In this document: one piece after another, positions 8,248-17,202 of the stretch | Position numbering within the stretch: position 1 is the stretch's first letter | How the letters are laid out: the number at the start of each line of letters is the position of its first letter | DNA from: a virus | Direction: 5' to 3' (one strand) | IMG/VR virus record: IMGVR_UViG_3300011593_000002 | Span: 1 to 37,691 of that record | Length of the DNA stretch: 37,691 nucleotides | Made by a program: the position numbers and the translations under genes | The notes under the pieces: generated by a model | Database searches by the model: none | The model's input: only the letters and a program-made list of their open reading frames with translations | Told to the model about the DNA's origin: nothing

Positions 8248-9098
8248 TCTTAAAATTTGGTTCAAAGGGTAATGATGTCATTACATTACAACAGCAGCTT
8301 AAAAAGCTGGGTTTTAAAGGCGTAAAAGGCAGAGAGCTGTCCATCGATGGTGATTTTGGTGCTTCTACTGAACACGCTGTCATTACATTTCAAAAGCAAA
8401 AAAATCTGGTTGCGGATGGCAAAGTCGGAGACAAGACAAGAGCAGCTCTACTTGAACAAAATATCTCGAAATTACTTAAAGATAGTGACTACACAGCAGC
8501 AGGTGCACGCCTTAAAGTTTCGGAGCTTGCGATTCGTGTTTTTGGTGCAGTTGAAGGCAGGGGAGTGGGTTTTCTAAAAAATGGAAAGCCTAAAATTTTG
8601 TTTGAACGTCACCGTATGTATGCATATTTACGTTTGAAAAAAGGAGCTGCCTTTGCAAACAAAATGGCAGTTGAACGTCCAAATATTGTAAATAAAAAAT
8701 CGGGTGGTTATCAGGGCAATGAGGCCGAATATGTCCGTTTAGAATTAGCAAAGCAGATCGATGTTGAATGTGCTTTGATGTCTGCAAGCTGGGGCCAGTT
8801 TCAAATCATGGGCGAAAACTGGAAAGATCTCGGTTATGCGTCTGCCCAAGATTTTGTCGATCAACAATTTGCTAGTGAATCTTTCCAGCTTGAAGCATTT
8901 ATTCGATTTATCGAATGGAAAACAGGCATTATCGACGATAAAAAAGTCGCATTGATTGATGCGCTGCGAGCTGAAAATTGGGACGCTGTATTTACTCTCT
9001 ACAACGGACCAAATTATAAAAAACTTGGGTACCAGGCAAAATTCCAAAAAGAGTGGGATCACTTGGAACCAATTTATGGCGGAGCCAAAGCAGCATGA
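8244..9098 (+). CDS. Endolysin: PG_binding_1-type peptidoglycan-binding domain + N-acetylmuramidase (DUF3380-like) domain
   Basis: 284 aa. The N-terminus GSKGNDVITLQQQLKKLGF...DGDFGASTEHAV..FQK...L.ADGKVGDKT is a PG-binding repeat. The C-terminus ...ILFERHRMY...SASWGQFQIMGENW... resembles muramidase-type phage lysins. Confidence 0.8.
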   Translation: MILKFGSKGNDVITLQQQLKKLGFKGVKGRELSIDGDFGASTEHAVITFQKQKNLVADGKVGDKTRAALLEQNISKLLKDSDYTAAGARLKVSELAIRVFGAVEGRGVGFLKNGKPKILFERHRMYAYLRLKKGAAFANKMAVERPNIVNKKSGGYQGNEAEYVRLELAKQIDVECALMSASWGQFQIMGENWKDLGYASAQDFVDQQFASESFQLEAFIRFIEWKTGIIDDKKVALIDALRAENWDAVFTLYNGPNYKKLGYQAKFQKEWDHLEPIYGGAKAA

Positions 9099-9595
9099 AA
9101 AAACCACAGAGCCTTCGAACACATTTATTAAATGCGATACCAGAACTGCAGCGTGATCCTGAGCGTGTTCTTATTTTTGTTGACGAAGGCAATGTCCGCA
9201 GTACTTTAGCGAACGGCCTATCATTTGAATATGCATACACACTGACGATGATCTTAACTGATTACGCCGGTGATTTAGCTGCAGTCAGTATTCCGGTGCT
9301 CGATTGGGTTCGAGAAAATCAATCTGAACTAATGGCCAATCTTGATCACGCTAAAAAGGGCATAAAATTTGAAGCAGAGATTTTAGCAAACGACAAAGTC
9401 GATTTAGCGATTCAATTGCCTTTGACTGAGCGCGTCATTGTAAAACAGACCAATGACGGTCTAAATGTTAGTTATCCAGAAGAGCCAAAATATCATAAAG
9501 CTGAAGAATCCAAAGAAGTCACGCTCTATGATAAAGACGGTACCGTCCTAGCATCTTGGATGTCACGTGAACCTGAAGAAGGACGTTATCTGTAA
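9095..9595 (+). CDS. R: Tail completion protein, P2 gpR family
   Basis: 166 aa from the ATG at 9095 (ATGA overlap with the endolysin stop). LRTHLLNAIPELQRDPERVLIFVDEGNV...LSFEYAYTL...DYAGD...PVLDWVRENQ parallels remembered gpR. Confidence 0.75.
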   Translation: MKKPQSLRTHLLNAIPELQRDPERVLIFVDEGNVRSTLANGLSFEYAYTLTMILTDYAGDLAAVSIPVLDWVRENQSELMANLDHAKKGIKFEAEILANDKVDLAIQLPLTERVIVKQTNDGLNVSYPEEPKYHKAEESKEVTLYDKDGTVLASWMSREPEEGRYL

Positions 9596-10047
9596 TGGCT
9601 GAACTCGAATATCTTTCTGAGCATCTCAATGCATTACTGGCATCGTTAAGTGATGCTGAAAAACGTAAATTTGCAATGATGATCGCTCGAAAGATTCGTG
9701 CGAGCCAAAGTCAGCGTATCACACGACAGCAAAATCCTGATGGTAGCTCATATACACCGCGAAAAAATTTACGTGCACGTAAAGGCAAAATAAAACAAAA
9801 AATGTTCATGAAGCTTAAAACGGCAAAATTCATGAAAATAGAAAAAATTCCAGATGGCGTGACTATTGGATTTGATCAACGAGTATCAAGACTTGCTCGT
9901 ATTCACCAGGATGGATTAATCGATACATTAAAGTACAACGGCAGAACATTTAAAGTCAGATATGCACAGCGGATCTTGCTTGGATTTACAGATGCAGAAA
10001 TAGAAATGTTCGAAAATGAAGTTTTTAATTTTATTGATAAAAAATAA
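9595..10047 (+). CDS. S: Tail completion / virion morphogenesis protein, P2 gpS family
   Basis: 150 aa, following R with overlapping stop/start. Typical ...ARKIRASQSQRI..QQNPDGS.Y.PRK motif. Confidence 0.8.
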   Translation: MAELEYLSEHLNALLASLSDAEKRKFAMMIARKIRASQSQRITRQQNPDGSSYTPRKNLRARKGKIKQKMFMKLKTAKFMKIEKIPDGVTIGFDQRVSRLARIHQDGLIDTLKYNGRTFKVRYAQRILLGFTDAEIEMFENEVFNFIDKK

Positions 10048-10054
10048 TAATCTG

Positions 10055-10079
10055 AGTTGTTATTCTGTTTTTTACAACT
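10055..10079. promoter_or_regulatory. Late-promoter dyad upstream of baseplate operon (V)
   Basis: AGTTGT-N13-ACAACT, the same dyad as at 3808-3836 and 15342-15366. Its centre is 56 nt upstream of the V ATG. Confidence 0.55.
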
Positions 10080-10122
10080 TCACTCGAATGCATTAAACAA
10101 AAAGCTGCACCACGATTGCAGC

Positions 10123-10788
10123 ATGAATGCAGATATCAATCGTCGCGTCGAAAATTTGATCCGTTTCGGACGAATCAAGACCGTAACTCCGTCTAAACCC
10201 TTTCATACAGTTACAGTCAATCTAGGTGACATCGTAACCAAGCAGTTACGTGTTCTTAATTTGAGAGCTGGCAAAGACTCGACTCATGATTTACCTAGCA
10301 TCAATGAAGAATGTATTGTTTTTAGCCCCTGCGGAGTTTTAGAGCTGGGTATCGTTGTTGTAGGTCTAAACAATGAAGATTTCCCTACACCATCCCAAGA
10401 TCCTGATATCAAGCTGCGCATGTTTGAAGACGGTGCGGTCATTAGTTACGACACCAAAAACCATAGTTTACAAGCCATTTTACCCGCTGACGCAACTGCA
10501 ATTCTTACTGCACCAGGTGGACTCACTGTGAATGCCGATACCACCATCAATGGCAAACTTTTTGTCAATGGCGACCAGACCAACGTTGGTAATGTCCAAA
10601 TTGAGGGCAGTACTGCCATGACTGGAAACAATACGGTGGGTGGTAGCCAGTTAGTACAGGGATCCAGTCACTCTTCTGGCGATTTTAGTACTGAAGGCGA
10701 TGTTAAAGCTGGTGATATAAGTCTGAAATCACACAAAACTTCAGGTGTGAAATCTGGCGGAGATGTATCTGGAGGACCAACGCCATGA
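10123..10788 (+). CDS. V: Baseplate spike/assembly protein, P2 gpV family
   Basis: 221 aa from the ATG at 10123 (MNADINRRVENLIRFGRIKTV...). The ORF-track start at 10057 (TTG) runs through the promoter dyad and is rejected. C-terminus ...HKTSGVKSGGDVSGGP is like the gpV apex. Confidence 0.85.
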   Translation: MNADINRRVENLIRFGRIKTVTPSKPFHTVTVNLGDIVTKQLRVLNLRAGKDSTHDLPSINEECIVFSPCGVLELGIVVVGLNNEDFPTPSQDPDIKLRMFEDGAVISYDTKNHSLQAILPADATAILTAPGGLTVNADTTINGKLFVNGDQTNVGNVQIEGSTAMTGNNTVGGSQLVQGSSHSSGDFSTEGDVKAGDISLKSHKTSGVKSGGDVSGGPTP

Positions 10789-11129
10789 TGTCACGCCAAA
10801 ACGGTGTCTCTATTTCAGAGCTTGAAAGCATTCAACAATCAATTCAAGACATTGTCACAACTCCGCTTGGCTCTCGAATCATGCGTCGAGACTACGGTTC
10901 TATCATTCCCGATCTGATCGATCAGCCAATGAGTGATGTACTTAAAGTCAAGATTTTTAGTGCAATCTACACGCCAGTTACTCGGTGGGAAGAGCGTATC
11001 AGTATAGAAAGTATGAAGGTGAGTGATGTTTATTCTGGAGGACTGCAACTGGATTTAGAAGCCGTTCATACACTGACTGGCCAAGCACTCAACTTAAACA
11101 TTCCGCTGCAAATGGGATCTTCAATATGA
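10785..11129 (+). CDS. W: Baseplate wedge protein, gpW / gp25-like
   Basis: 114 aa. ...I.TPLGSRIMRRDYGS.IPDLIDQP motif of the GPW_gp25 family. Confidence 0.85.
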   Translation: MMSRQNGVSISELESIQQSIQDIVTTPLGSRIMRRDYGSIIPDLIDQPMSDVLKVKIFSAIYTPVTRWEERISIESMKVSDVYSGGLQLDLEAVHTLTGQALNLNIPLQMGSSI

Positions 11130-12016
11130 GCGTCGACTTTTCACAACTTACCAAGCCCAGCATGGTTGAAGAAATCGACTTTGAATCGATTCTTGCTGAG
11201 CGTAAAGAAAAACTGATTAGCTTGTTTGACAGTACTGATCAGGATCAGATTCGTCAGACTTTACAGCGTGAAAGCGAACCACTGACAAAGTTTTTAGAAG
11301 AAAATGCCTATCGTGAAGTCATTCTGCGTAACCGCATCAATAATGCAGCACTTTCTGTACTACTAGCTTTTGCTGAAAAGACCGATCTTGATGCCGTCGT
11401 AGCTAACTATGGCATTAAACGATTACTGATTAATGAAGCGACTGCAGACAGCGATGCTGTGTATGAAACCGATGATGCTTTACGTTATCGCGCATCTCTA
11501 GTTTTTGACTCTTTATCCGTTGCTGGTCCCACCTCTGCATACGAATACCATGCATTGAGTGCCGATGGACGTGTAGCCGATGCCAAAGCATCATCGCCAG
11601 CCCCTGCCGAAGCGCTGGTCACCATCTTACAAAATGATACTGAAACAGGTGCAGCAACCGACGCACTATTATCAATCGTACAAAGCTATTTAAATGATGA
11701 TGTACGTCGGCCCGTCGCAGATCGACTGACAGTTCAATCGGTCGATGTGATCCCTTTTGAACTCACCGCCACAATATTTACTAACAATTTACCCGAATCA
11801 GACTCTCTAATTTCAGCAGCCACCGCAGCAGTCAAAAAATATTTAGATGAAAGCCGACGTATTGGCCGGTCTATTTACCTTTCTAAAATTTACAACTTGC
11901 TGCATGTGTCAGGCGTTGTTCATGTTGTGATTTCAAGCCCTGCTGCAGATGTTGAGGTAAGCCACGTTCAAGTCGCGCACTGTACCAACATTACGATAAA
12001 TGCTGGAGAAGCTTGA
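11126..12016 (+). CDS. J: Baseplate protein J
   Basis: 296 aa. Position and overlapping junctions match the P2 W-J-I arrangement. Baseplate_J-like central region. Confidence 0.85.
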   Translation: MSVDFSQLTKPSMVEEIDFESILAERKEKLISLFDSTDQDQIRQTLQRESEPLTKFLEENAYREVILRNRINNAALSVLLAFAEKTDLDAVVANYGIKRLLINEATADSDAVYETDDALRYRASLVFDSLSVAGPTSAYEYHALSADGRVADAKASSPAPAEALVTILQNDTETGAATDALLSIVQSYLNDDVRRPVADRLTVQSVDVIPFELTATIFTNNLPESDSLISAATAAVKKYLDESRRIGRSIYLSKIYNLLHVSGVVHVVISSPAADVEVSHVQVAHCTNITINAGEA

Positions 12017-12627
12017 TGAATAAACTTCTCCCGCCTAACTCAACACTACTTGAACGCAATGTTTGTAGTGTGACTTCTGAAGCCACGGACTTAGACGTTA
12101 ATATTCGAGCAATTACCACACTTAAAAATACACCGAACGATTTCTTACCTTTGATCGCTTGGCAAAACAGTGTCGACCGCTGGAATCGAAACTGGTCAGA
12201 CAAAGAAAAAATTGCCCAAATTCGTGCTTCTTTTCAGATTCATCAAAAGAAAGGCACAGTCGCAGCACTTAAAGAAATTACCAAAGCCTTTGGATACTCC
12301 TTATCAGTGACCGAGTGGTGGCAAGAGCAGCCAACCAATACACCAGGAACATTTCAAATCACCATTGATACCGAAGGCAATGAACTCAGCGAATCAGGCT
12401 ACAACACCCTGATTGCCTTATTGAATGATGCAAAACCTCTGACACGTGAACTCAAAGGCATTGAAGTTAATGTTGTCTCAGTGCGTGGTGATACCAATAT
12501 CGCTTGTGCCATGTACGACGGTGAAGACGTCACCATCTATCCCAAACAAAACGAATTTACTCCTATTTGTTGTCCGATTTTTGTCTTCTTTGGACATGAC
12601 GACACCACCATCTATCCGAGAGCTTAA
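12013..12627 (+). CDS. I: Tail protein I
   Basis: 204 aa. LLPPNST.LE......LPLIAWQNSVDRWNRNWSDKEK...HQKKGTVAALKEI...GY...VTEWWQ parallels P2 gpI. Confidence 0.85.
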   Translation: MMNKLLPPNSTLLERNVCSVTSEATDLDVNIRAITTLKNTPNDFLPLIAWQNSVDRWNRNWSDKEKIAQIRASFQIHQKKGTVAALKEITKAFGYSLSVTEWWQEQPTNTPGTFQITIDTEGNELSESGYNTLIALLNDAKPLTRELKGIEVNVVSVRGDTNIACAMYDGEDVTIYPKQNEFTPICCPIFVFFGHDDTTIYPRA

Positions 12628-12629
12628 AC

Positions 12630-15161
12630 ATGGCAGAACAAATTTATTATTCAGTTTTCACAAAAAAAGGTCTGGAACTTCTAACTGAAGCAATTCGTAA
12701 TGGCACCAAGCTTGGGATTACAAGCATGGCCTTTGGTGATGGCGGTGGTTCATTACCTGTTCCGAATGAAAATTTTACATCGATGGTGCGTGAAGTACAT
12801 CGAACTCAACTAAATAGTCTCGCACCGGATCCAAACAATGCCAACTGGTTACGTGCAGAGGCTATTATTGCTTCAGCCATAGGTGGTTTTAATATTCGTG
12901 AATTGGGATTGTATGCTGGCGATGTGTTAGTCGCATACTCAAACTATCCAGCCACCTATAAGCCAAATCCAAGCGACGGTACTGCACGGATTATGACATT
13001 TCGCATGATTTTGCAAATTGATAATGTTGCAAACTTTGAACTTGTCATTGATCCAGATGTCGTTCTTGCGACGATCCAAAAAGTTGAAGATGCGAAACAA
13101 GATGCAATTAAATATGCAGATGAAACCAAAACGCATACAGTCGATGCTTTGATTGATTTAGATGCAATTACGACGAAGTGGGATGGACGTACCGTTTACG
13201 TTAAAGGTTATCATAAACCAGAAAATCTAGCTTTAGCACAACCATTTAAAGGTGGTGGTACACGTATCTATAACGACAGCAGAAAAAACGAAAATGATGG
13301 GTTTCTGTGTATCAATGGCTGGGTACTTCAGTTAGACAACAACGTTGTCACACCTGAACAAGCGGGTGCCAAAGGTGACAACAAAACAGACGACTATGAA
13401 GCGTTAAAAAAAGTTTTTACATCACGATTAAAAGTTGAATGCGACTGTTTTGCAACTTATAAAACGAGTAAACCGATTGAGCTGTTTACAGGACAAAAAA
13501 TTGCAGGCAATGGTGCAACAATTTCAAAATATTCAGCAAGCACCACAGGTATTAAAGGAAGAACAGATCCCGCAGGAAACCCGTATAACTACGACCAAGA
13601 CTGTGCAGTTGTATTTGGGGCATTCTATGGATATTACAGTTACATTAATATTGAAAACTTGACCATCGTTAAAGAAAAAGTCAATGGTGAAGATGTCGGA
13701 AAAGTATTTTTTGCGCCTTATATCAGCATGTCCAACCTCCAGTCACTCACAGTAAAAGGCGGTGAGTATGGCTTTTATTGTGAAGATATATGGATGATGA
13801 ACTGGACTCGCTGTTCAGCATATTCAAAATGCGGTTTTTACATTGGTACAGGGACTTCTAACACTTTAGATACGTGTTGGTCTAAAGAAACAAAAGCGGG
13901 TTATTCATCTTATAGAATACATAATTTAGTTTATTCGACGCTAAAAAACTGTTGTGCTGAATATGTTGGAGAAGATGGGAAACCAGCTGAATCTGCATTT
14001 CATATCACGAATTCAGATTTAACAATGATTGGATGCGGTATTGAAGGCATTCATGCATATAATCTACTGAGAATCTCATACTCATGGATACGCATCGAAT
14101 CCCCAAGTTTCATCTACGGAATAGATAATAAATATCGGCATGGAATTTACACGGGTTTGATTGATATTTCGAGTTCTGACTCAGTTGTAACGCTTTCTGG
14201 TGGCAGAATTAATACTAAAAATTCAGGAAGCTTCGCAGATGCGGTTAGGGTTGACGGTGGCACATTCAATTATGATTCACCAATGTGGGTAGGAGTGGGC
14301 TTTCCAGATGATGTTGCTGACTTTAAAATTCGTATATCAAATTGGGCAGCAATTCTAAATTTAAGCGATTTCGTTGGTCGAAAGTACACATTTAACGGTC
14401 GTTCAAAAGAGTGGGTTAATAAAACTCCTACTTCTTTCGTTAATGGATTAATTATCAATGACTTATCAAAAGAAAATTTAAACAGTATCCGTCGAAATAC
14501 TGTATTTTCAATGCAAGGGAACGCAAATTTAGGAAGCAAAGCTAATAATTATCCTGTTGACGGCTTCGGTGGTGCTATTCTTACAATTGCTTCTAATGAT
14601 GCCGGACTTTACACAAACGCAGTTCAACTGGCTTTTCCTGTTAATTCTAAAACTGCCTATCTTAGGAATGCGGAATGGGGGGGGGCATACAAAGCCTGGA
14701 ATTATTTTTATACTTCTGCTAACACGACAGTCACAGCAGACGGTACTCTAAAAGAAGCTTCACCGATCGTCAAATTATTTTCAGATCACATTGAATCTAA
14801 TGATGAAGCTGCTGAACAAAATCCAGAATTTGAGAAAATTGGGATCGGTCATTATCTTATTAAAAATACGTTAGGATTCGCAAAAGAGGGGTGGTGGATT
14901 AATGTACCGACTGACAGCAACGGCAATAAAATTTGTGCAATAAAATATGAAATTTTTGAAAACGGTGACATCGAAATCAAAACATTTAAACGTAAATTTG
15001 ATATCGAAACAGCTTCTGTTGTCGCTGATGAAGCTCAACCAATAGATATTCCTAACAATATGCACGGTGAACAACGTTGGATTGATATACGGTTGCAAGA
15101 GGCTCAAAGAGAGGTCGTTGTCAATGATCTAATGACTTCAGAAGACGAGGAGCTGGTTTGA
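12630..15161 (+). CDS. H: Tail fibre/tailspike: gpH-type N-terminal anchor fused to a pectate-lyase-like beta-helix (putative capsule depolymerase)
   Basis: 843 aa. The N-terminus MAEQIYYSVFTKKG..LL..A...G..L.I..MAFGDGGG is the conserved P2-like fibre N-terminus. From about residue 230, TPEQAGAKGDNKTDDYEALKKVF is the hallmark start of pectate_lyase_3-type tailspikes. Confidence 0.8.
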   Translation: MAEQIYYSVFTKKGLELLTEAIRNGTKLGITSMAFGDGGGSLPVPNENFTSMVREVHRTQLNSLAPDPNNANWLRAEAIIASAIGGFNIRELGLYAGDVLVAYSNYPATYKPNPSDGTARIMTFRMILQIDNVANFELVIDPDVVLATIQKVEDAKQDAIKYADETKTHTVDALIDLDAITTKWDGRTVYVKGYHKPENLALAQPFKGGGTRIYNDSRKNENDGFLCINGWVLQLDNNVVTPEQAGAKGDNKTDDYEALKKVFTSRLKVECDCFATYKTSKPIELFTGQKIAGNGATISKYSASTTGIKGRTDPAGNPYNYDQDCAVVFGAFYGYYSYINIENLTIVKEKVNGEDVGKVFFAPYISMSNLQSLTVKGGEYGFYCEDIWMMNWTRCSAYSKCGFYIGTGTSNTLDTCWSKETKAGYSSYRIHNLVYSTLKNCCAEYVGEDGKPAESAFHITNSDLTMIGCGIEGIHAYNLLRISYSWIRIESPSFIYGIDNKYRHGIYTGLIDISSSDSVVTLSGGRINTKNSGSFADAVRVDGGTFNYDSPMWVGVGFPDDVADFKIRISNWAAILNLSDFVGRKYTFNGRSKEWVNKTPTSFVNGLIINDLSKENLNSIRRNTVFSMQGNANLGSKANNYPVDGFGGAILTIASNDAGLYTNAVQLAFPVNSKTAYLRNAEWGGAYKAWNYFYTSANTTVTADGTLKEASPIVKLFSDHIESNDEAAEQNPEFEKIGIGHYLIKNTLGFAKEGWWINVPTDSNGNKICAIKYEIFENGDIEIKTFKRKFDIETASVVADEAQPIDIPNNMHGEQRWIDIRLQEAQREVVVNDLMTSEDEELV

Positions 15162-15221
15162 TTAAGAGCTTTTGTATATGACTCATATACAAGTCAATCT
15201 GACTGAAACTCACTCATAAAC

Positions 15222-15267
15222 TTGTAAGCCTTTGATCTGAAAACCAACTAGATCACAGGCTATTTTT
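15222..15267 (+). terminator. Hairpin + T-run after the tail fibre gene; copy A of a duplicated 46-nt module
   Basis: Stem AGCCTTTGATCT / AGATCACAGGCT (one mismatch) followed by ATTTTT. 42 of 46 nt are identical to 15394-15439. Confidence 0.6.
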
Positions 15268-15284
15268 GTAGTATCCCCTCTTAC

Positions 15285-15313
15285 AAAACCCCACACTTAA
15301 ATCGTGGGGTTTT
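15285..15313. terminator. Hairpin terminator-like element (A-run / stem / T-run)
   Basis: AAAACCCCAC / GTGGGGTTTT is a 10-bp stem with a 9-nt loop. Its symmetry makes it potentially bidirectional. Confidence 0.5.
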
Positions 15314-15341
15314 AAACTAAGCATTAAAGACGTATCAGTTA

Positions 15342-15366
15342 AGTTGTAAATTTACTTTTAACAACT
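15342..15366. promoter_or_regulatory. Late-promoter dyad upstream of the sheath/tube operon (FI)
   Basis: AGTTGT-N13-ACAACT. The flanks are also conserved with the 3808 copy (AGTTGTAAA...ACTTTTAACAACTGCAA). Confidence 0.6.
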
Positions 15367-15393
15367 GCAACTCAATGAAATTGATCAAACAAT

Positions 15394-15439
15394 TTGTAAG
15401 CCTGTGATCTGAAAACTAACCAGATTACAGGCTATTTTT
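15394..15439 (+). repeat. Copy B of the 46-nt hairpin module, abutting the FI start codon
   Basis: Stem AGCCTGTGATCTG / CAGATTACAGGCT (one G-U pair) plus ATTTTT, followed directly by the ATG at 15440. Confidence 0.7.
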
Positions 15440-16612
15440 ATGGCTCAAGATTATCATCACGGAGTCCGAGTTTTAGAACTCAATGACGGAACCCGGCCCA
15501 TTCGTACAGTATCAAGCTCGGTTATTGGTATGGTCTGTACAGCATCAGATGCAGATGCAGAAAAATTTCCACTTAACACACCAGTACTCTTAACCAACGT
15601 TCAAGCTGCTCTAGACAAAGCCGGCGATCAAGGCACATTAGCACGTTCACTTCAAGCGATTGCCGATCAAACCAATCCCGCAACTGTGGTGGTCCGTGTA
15701 GAACAAAAGACCGATGCTGCAGAGCAGACGTCTGCAATCATTGGTGGTTCAGTCAATGGCAAATATACAGGCATGAAAGCATTGCTTGCAGCGGAAGCAC
15801 AGCTCGGCGTTAAGCCACGTATTTTGGGTATTCCTGGTCTAGATACATCGGCTGTATCCGTTGCACTTATTGCATTGGCTCAAAAGCTTCGCGGTTTTTC
15901 GTATATTTCAGCAAATGGCTGTCAAACCAAAGAAGAAGCCCAAGCCTATCGTCAAACGTTCGGTGCACGTGAAGCGATGGTCATCTGGCCAGATTTTTTA
16001 GGCTTCGATACAGCCACCAGTGCCACGGCAACGTTTGAAGCAACAGCCCGTGCTCTTGGCCTACGTGCAAAAATTGACAATGAAACCGGTTGGCAAAAAA
16101 CGCTTTCAAACGTTGCGGTCAATGGGGTTACTGGCATTTCAAAAGATGTGTATTGGCAACTGCAAGATCCAGACACAGACGCAGGCTATCTCAACCAAAA
16201 TGACATTACCACGCTCATTCAGCGCGATGGTTTCCGTTTTTGGGGTTCTCGCACTTGTTCTGATGATCCTCAGTTCGCGTTTGAAAACTATACCCGTACA
16301 GCGCAAATTCTTGCAGACACAATGGCTGAAGGCCATATGTGGGCAGTCGATAAAGATCTTACACCAGGACTCGCGCGAGACATTATCGAAGGCATTAACG
16401 CAAAAATGCGTGAAATGACACTGGGTAATTACTTACTCGGTGGTGAATGCTGGTTAGATCCGGTCATCAATACCAAAGAAGTGCTCAAGTCAGGCAAGTT
16501 TTATATCGACTATGACTATACGCCTGTTCCACCGCTAGAAAACTTAGTGTTACGTCAGCGCATCACAGACCGTTACTTGGTCGACTTTGCTTCACGTGTA
16601 ACAGCAGGATAA
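15440..16612 (+). CDS. FI: Contractile tail sheath protein, P2 gpFI family
   Basis: 390 aa. MAQDYHHGVRV.E...G.R.I......VIG.V... is the typical sheath N-terminus. It precedes the tube gene. Confidence 0.9.
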   Translation: MAQDYHHGVRVLELNDGTRPIRTVSSSVIGMVCTASDADAEKFPLNTPVLLTNVQAALDKAGDQGTLARSLQAIADQTNPATVVVRVEQKTDAAEQTSAIIGGSVNGKYTGMKALLAAEAQLGVKPRILGIPGLDTSAVSVALIALAQKLRGFSYISANGCQTKEEAQAYRQTFGAREAMVIWPDFLGFDTATSATATFEATARALGLRAKIDNETGWQKTLSNVAVNGVTGISKDVYWQLQDPDTDAGYLNQNDITTLIQRDGFRFWGSRTCSDDPQFAFENYTRTAQILADTMAEGHMWAVDKDLTPGLARDIIEGINAKMREMTLGNYLLGGECWLDPVINTKEVLKSGKFYIDYDYTPVPPLENLVLRQRITDRYLVDFASRVTAG

Positions 16613-16622
16613 GGACAAGATC

Positions 16623-17138
16623 ATGGCTCTACCAAAAAAATTAAAGCTTTCGAATCTATATAACGAAGGTAATTCATATCTTGGCCAAACGGGTGAAGTG
16701 ACTTTGCCTAAGCTCGGTCGCAAGTTAGAAAACTGGCGTGGCGGTGGCATGAACGGCAACATTAAGTGGGATGCCGGTCTAGCTGATGATATCAACGAGA
16801 TGACATGGAAACTAGGTGGCATCGATAAGTTGATTTTACAGCAATGGGGTGCTGCATCCGTTTCAGCATTCGGTCTACGTTTTGCGGGTTCATTTCAGCG
16901 TGACGACACTGGCGAAACCAGTGCAGTCGAAGTCGTGGTTCGTGGTCGCCATGAGGAGATTGATTTTGGTAACTACAAACCGGGTGATGACACGGAAACC
17001 ACAGTTAAAACCATTTGGTCTTACTACAAACTCACTATCGATGGTGAAAAAATCATTGAGATCGATATTCCTGGTGGCATCGAAATCGTGAACGGTATCG
17101 ATCTTCAAGAAAAGCATCGTCAAAACATCGGTCTATAA
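16623..17138 (+). CDS. FII: Tail tube protein, P2 gpFII family
   Basis: 171 aa. MALPKKLK..NL...G.SY.G....V.LPKL..K.E..R.GGM motif of gpFII. Confidence 0.9.
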   Translation: MALPKKLKLSNLYNEGNSYLGQTGEVTLPKLGRKLENWRGGGMNGNIKWDAGLADDINEMTWKLGGIDKLILQQWGAASVSAFGLRFAGSFQRDDTGETSAVEVVVRGRHEEIDFGNYKPGDDTETTVKTIWSYYKLTIDGEKIIEIDIPGGIEIVNGIDLQEKHRQNIGL

Positions 17139-17146
17139 GTTTCCAT

Positions 17147-17180
17147 CCCTCTGTTCATACCCCGTGGGCAGAGGTTTTTT
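17147..17180 (+). terminator. Possible terminator/attenuator after the tube gene
   Basis: Stem CCTCTG / CAGAGG with a 15-nt loop, followed by TTTTTT. Confidence 0.4.
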
Positions 17181-17202
17181 ATAAATTTTTTGGAGTTATC
17201 TC

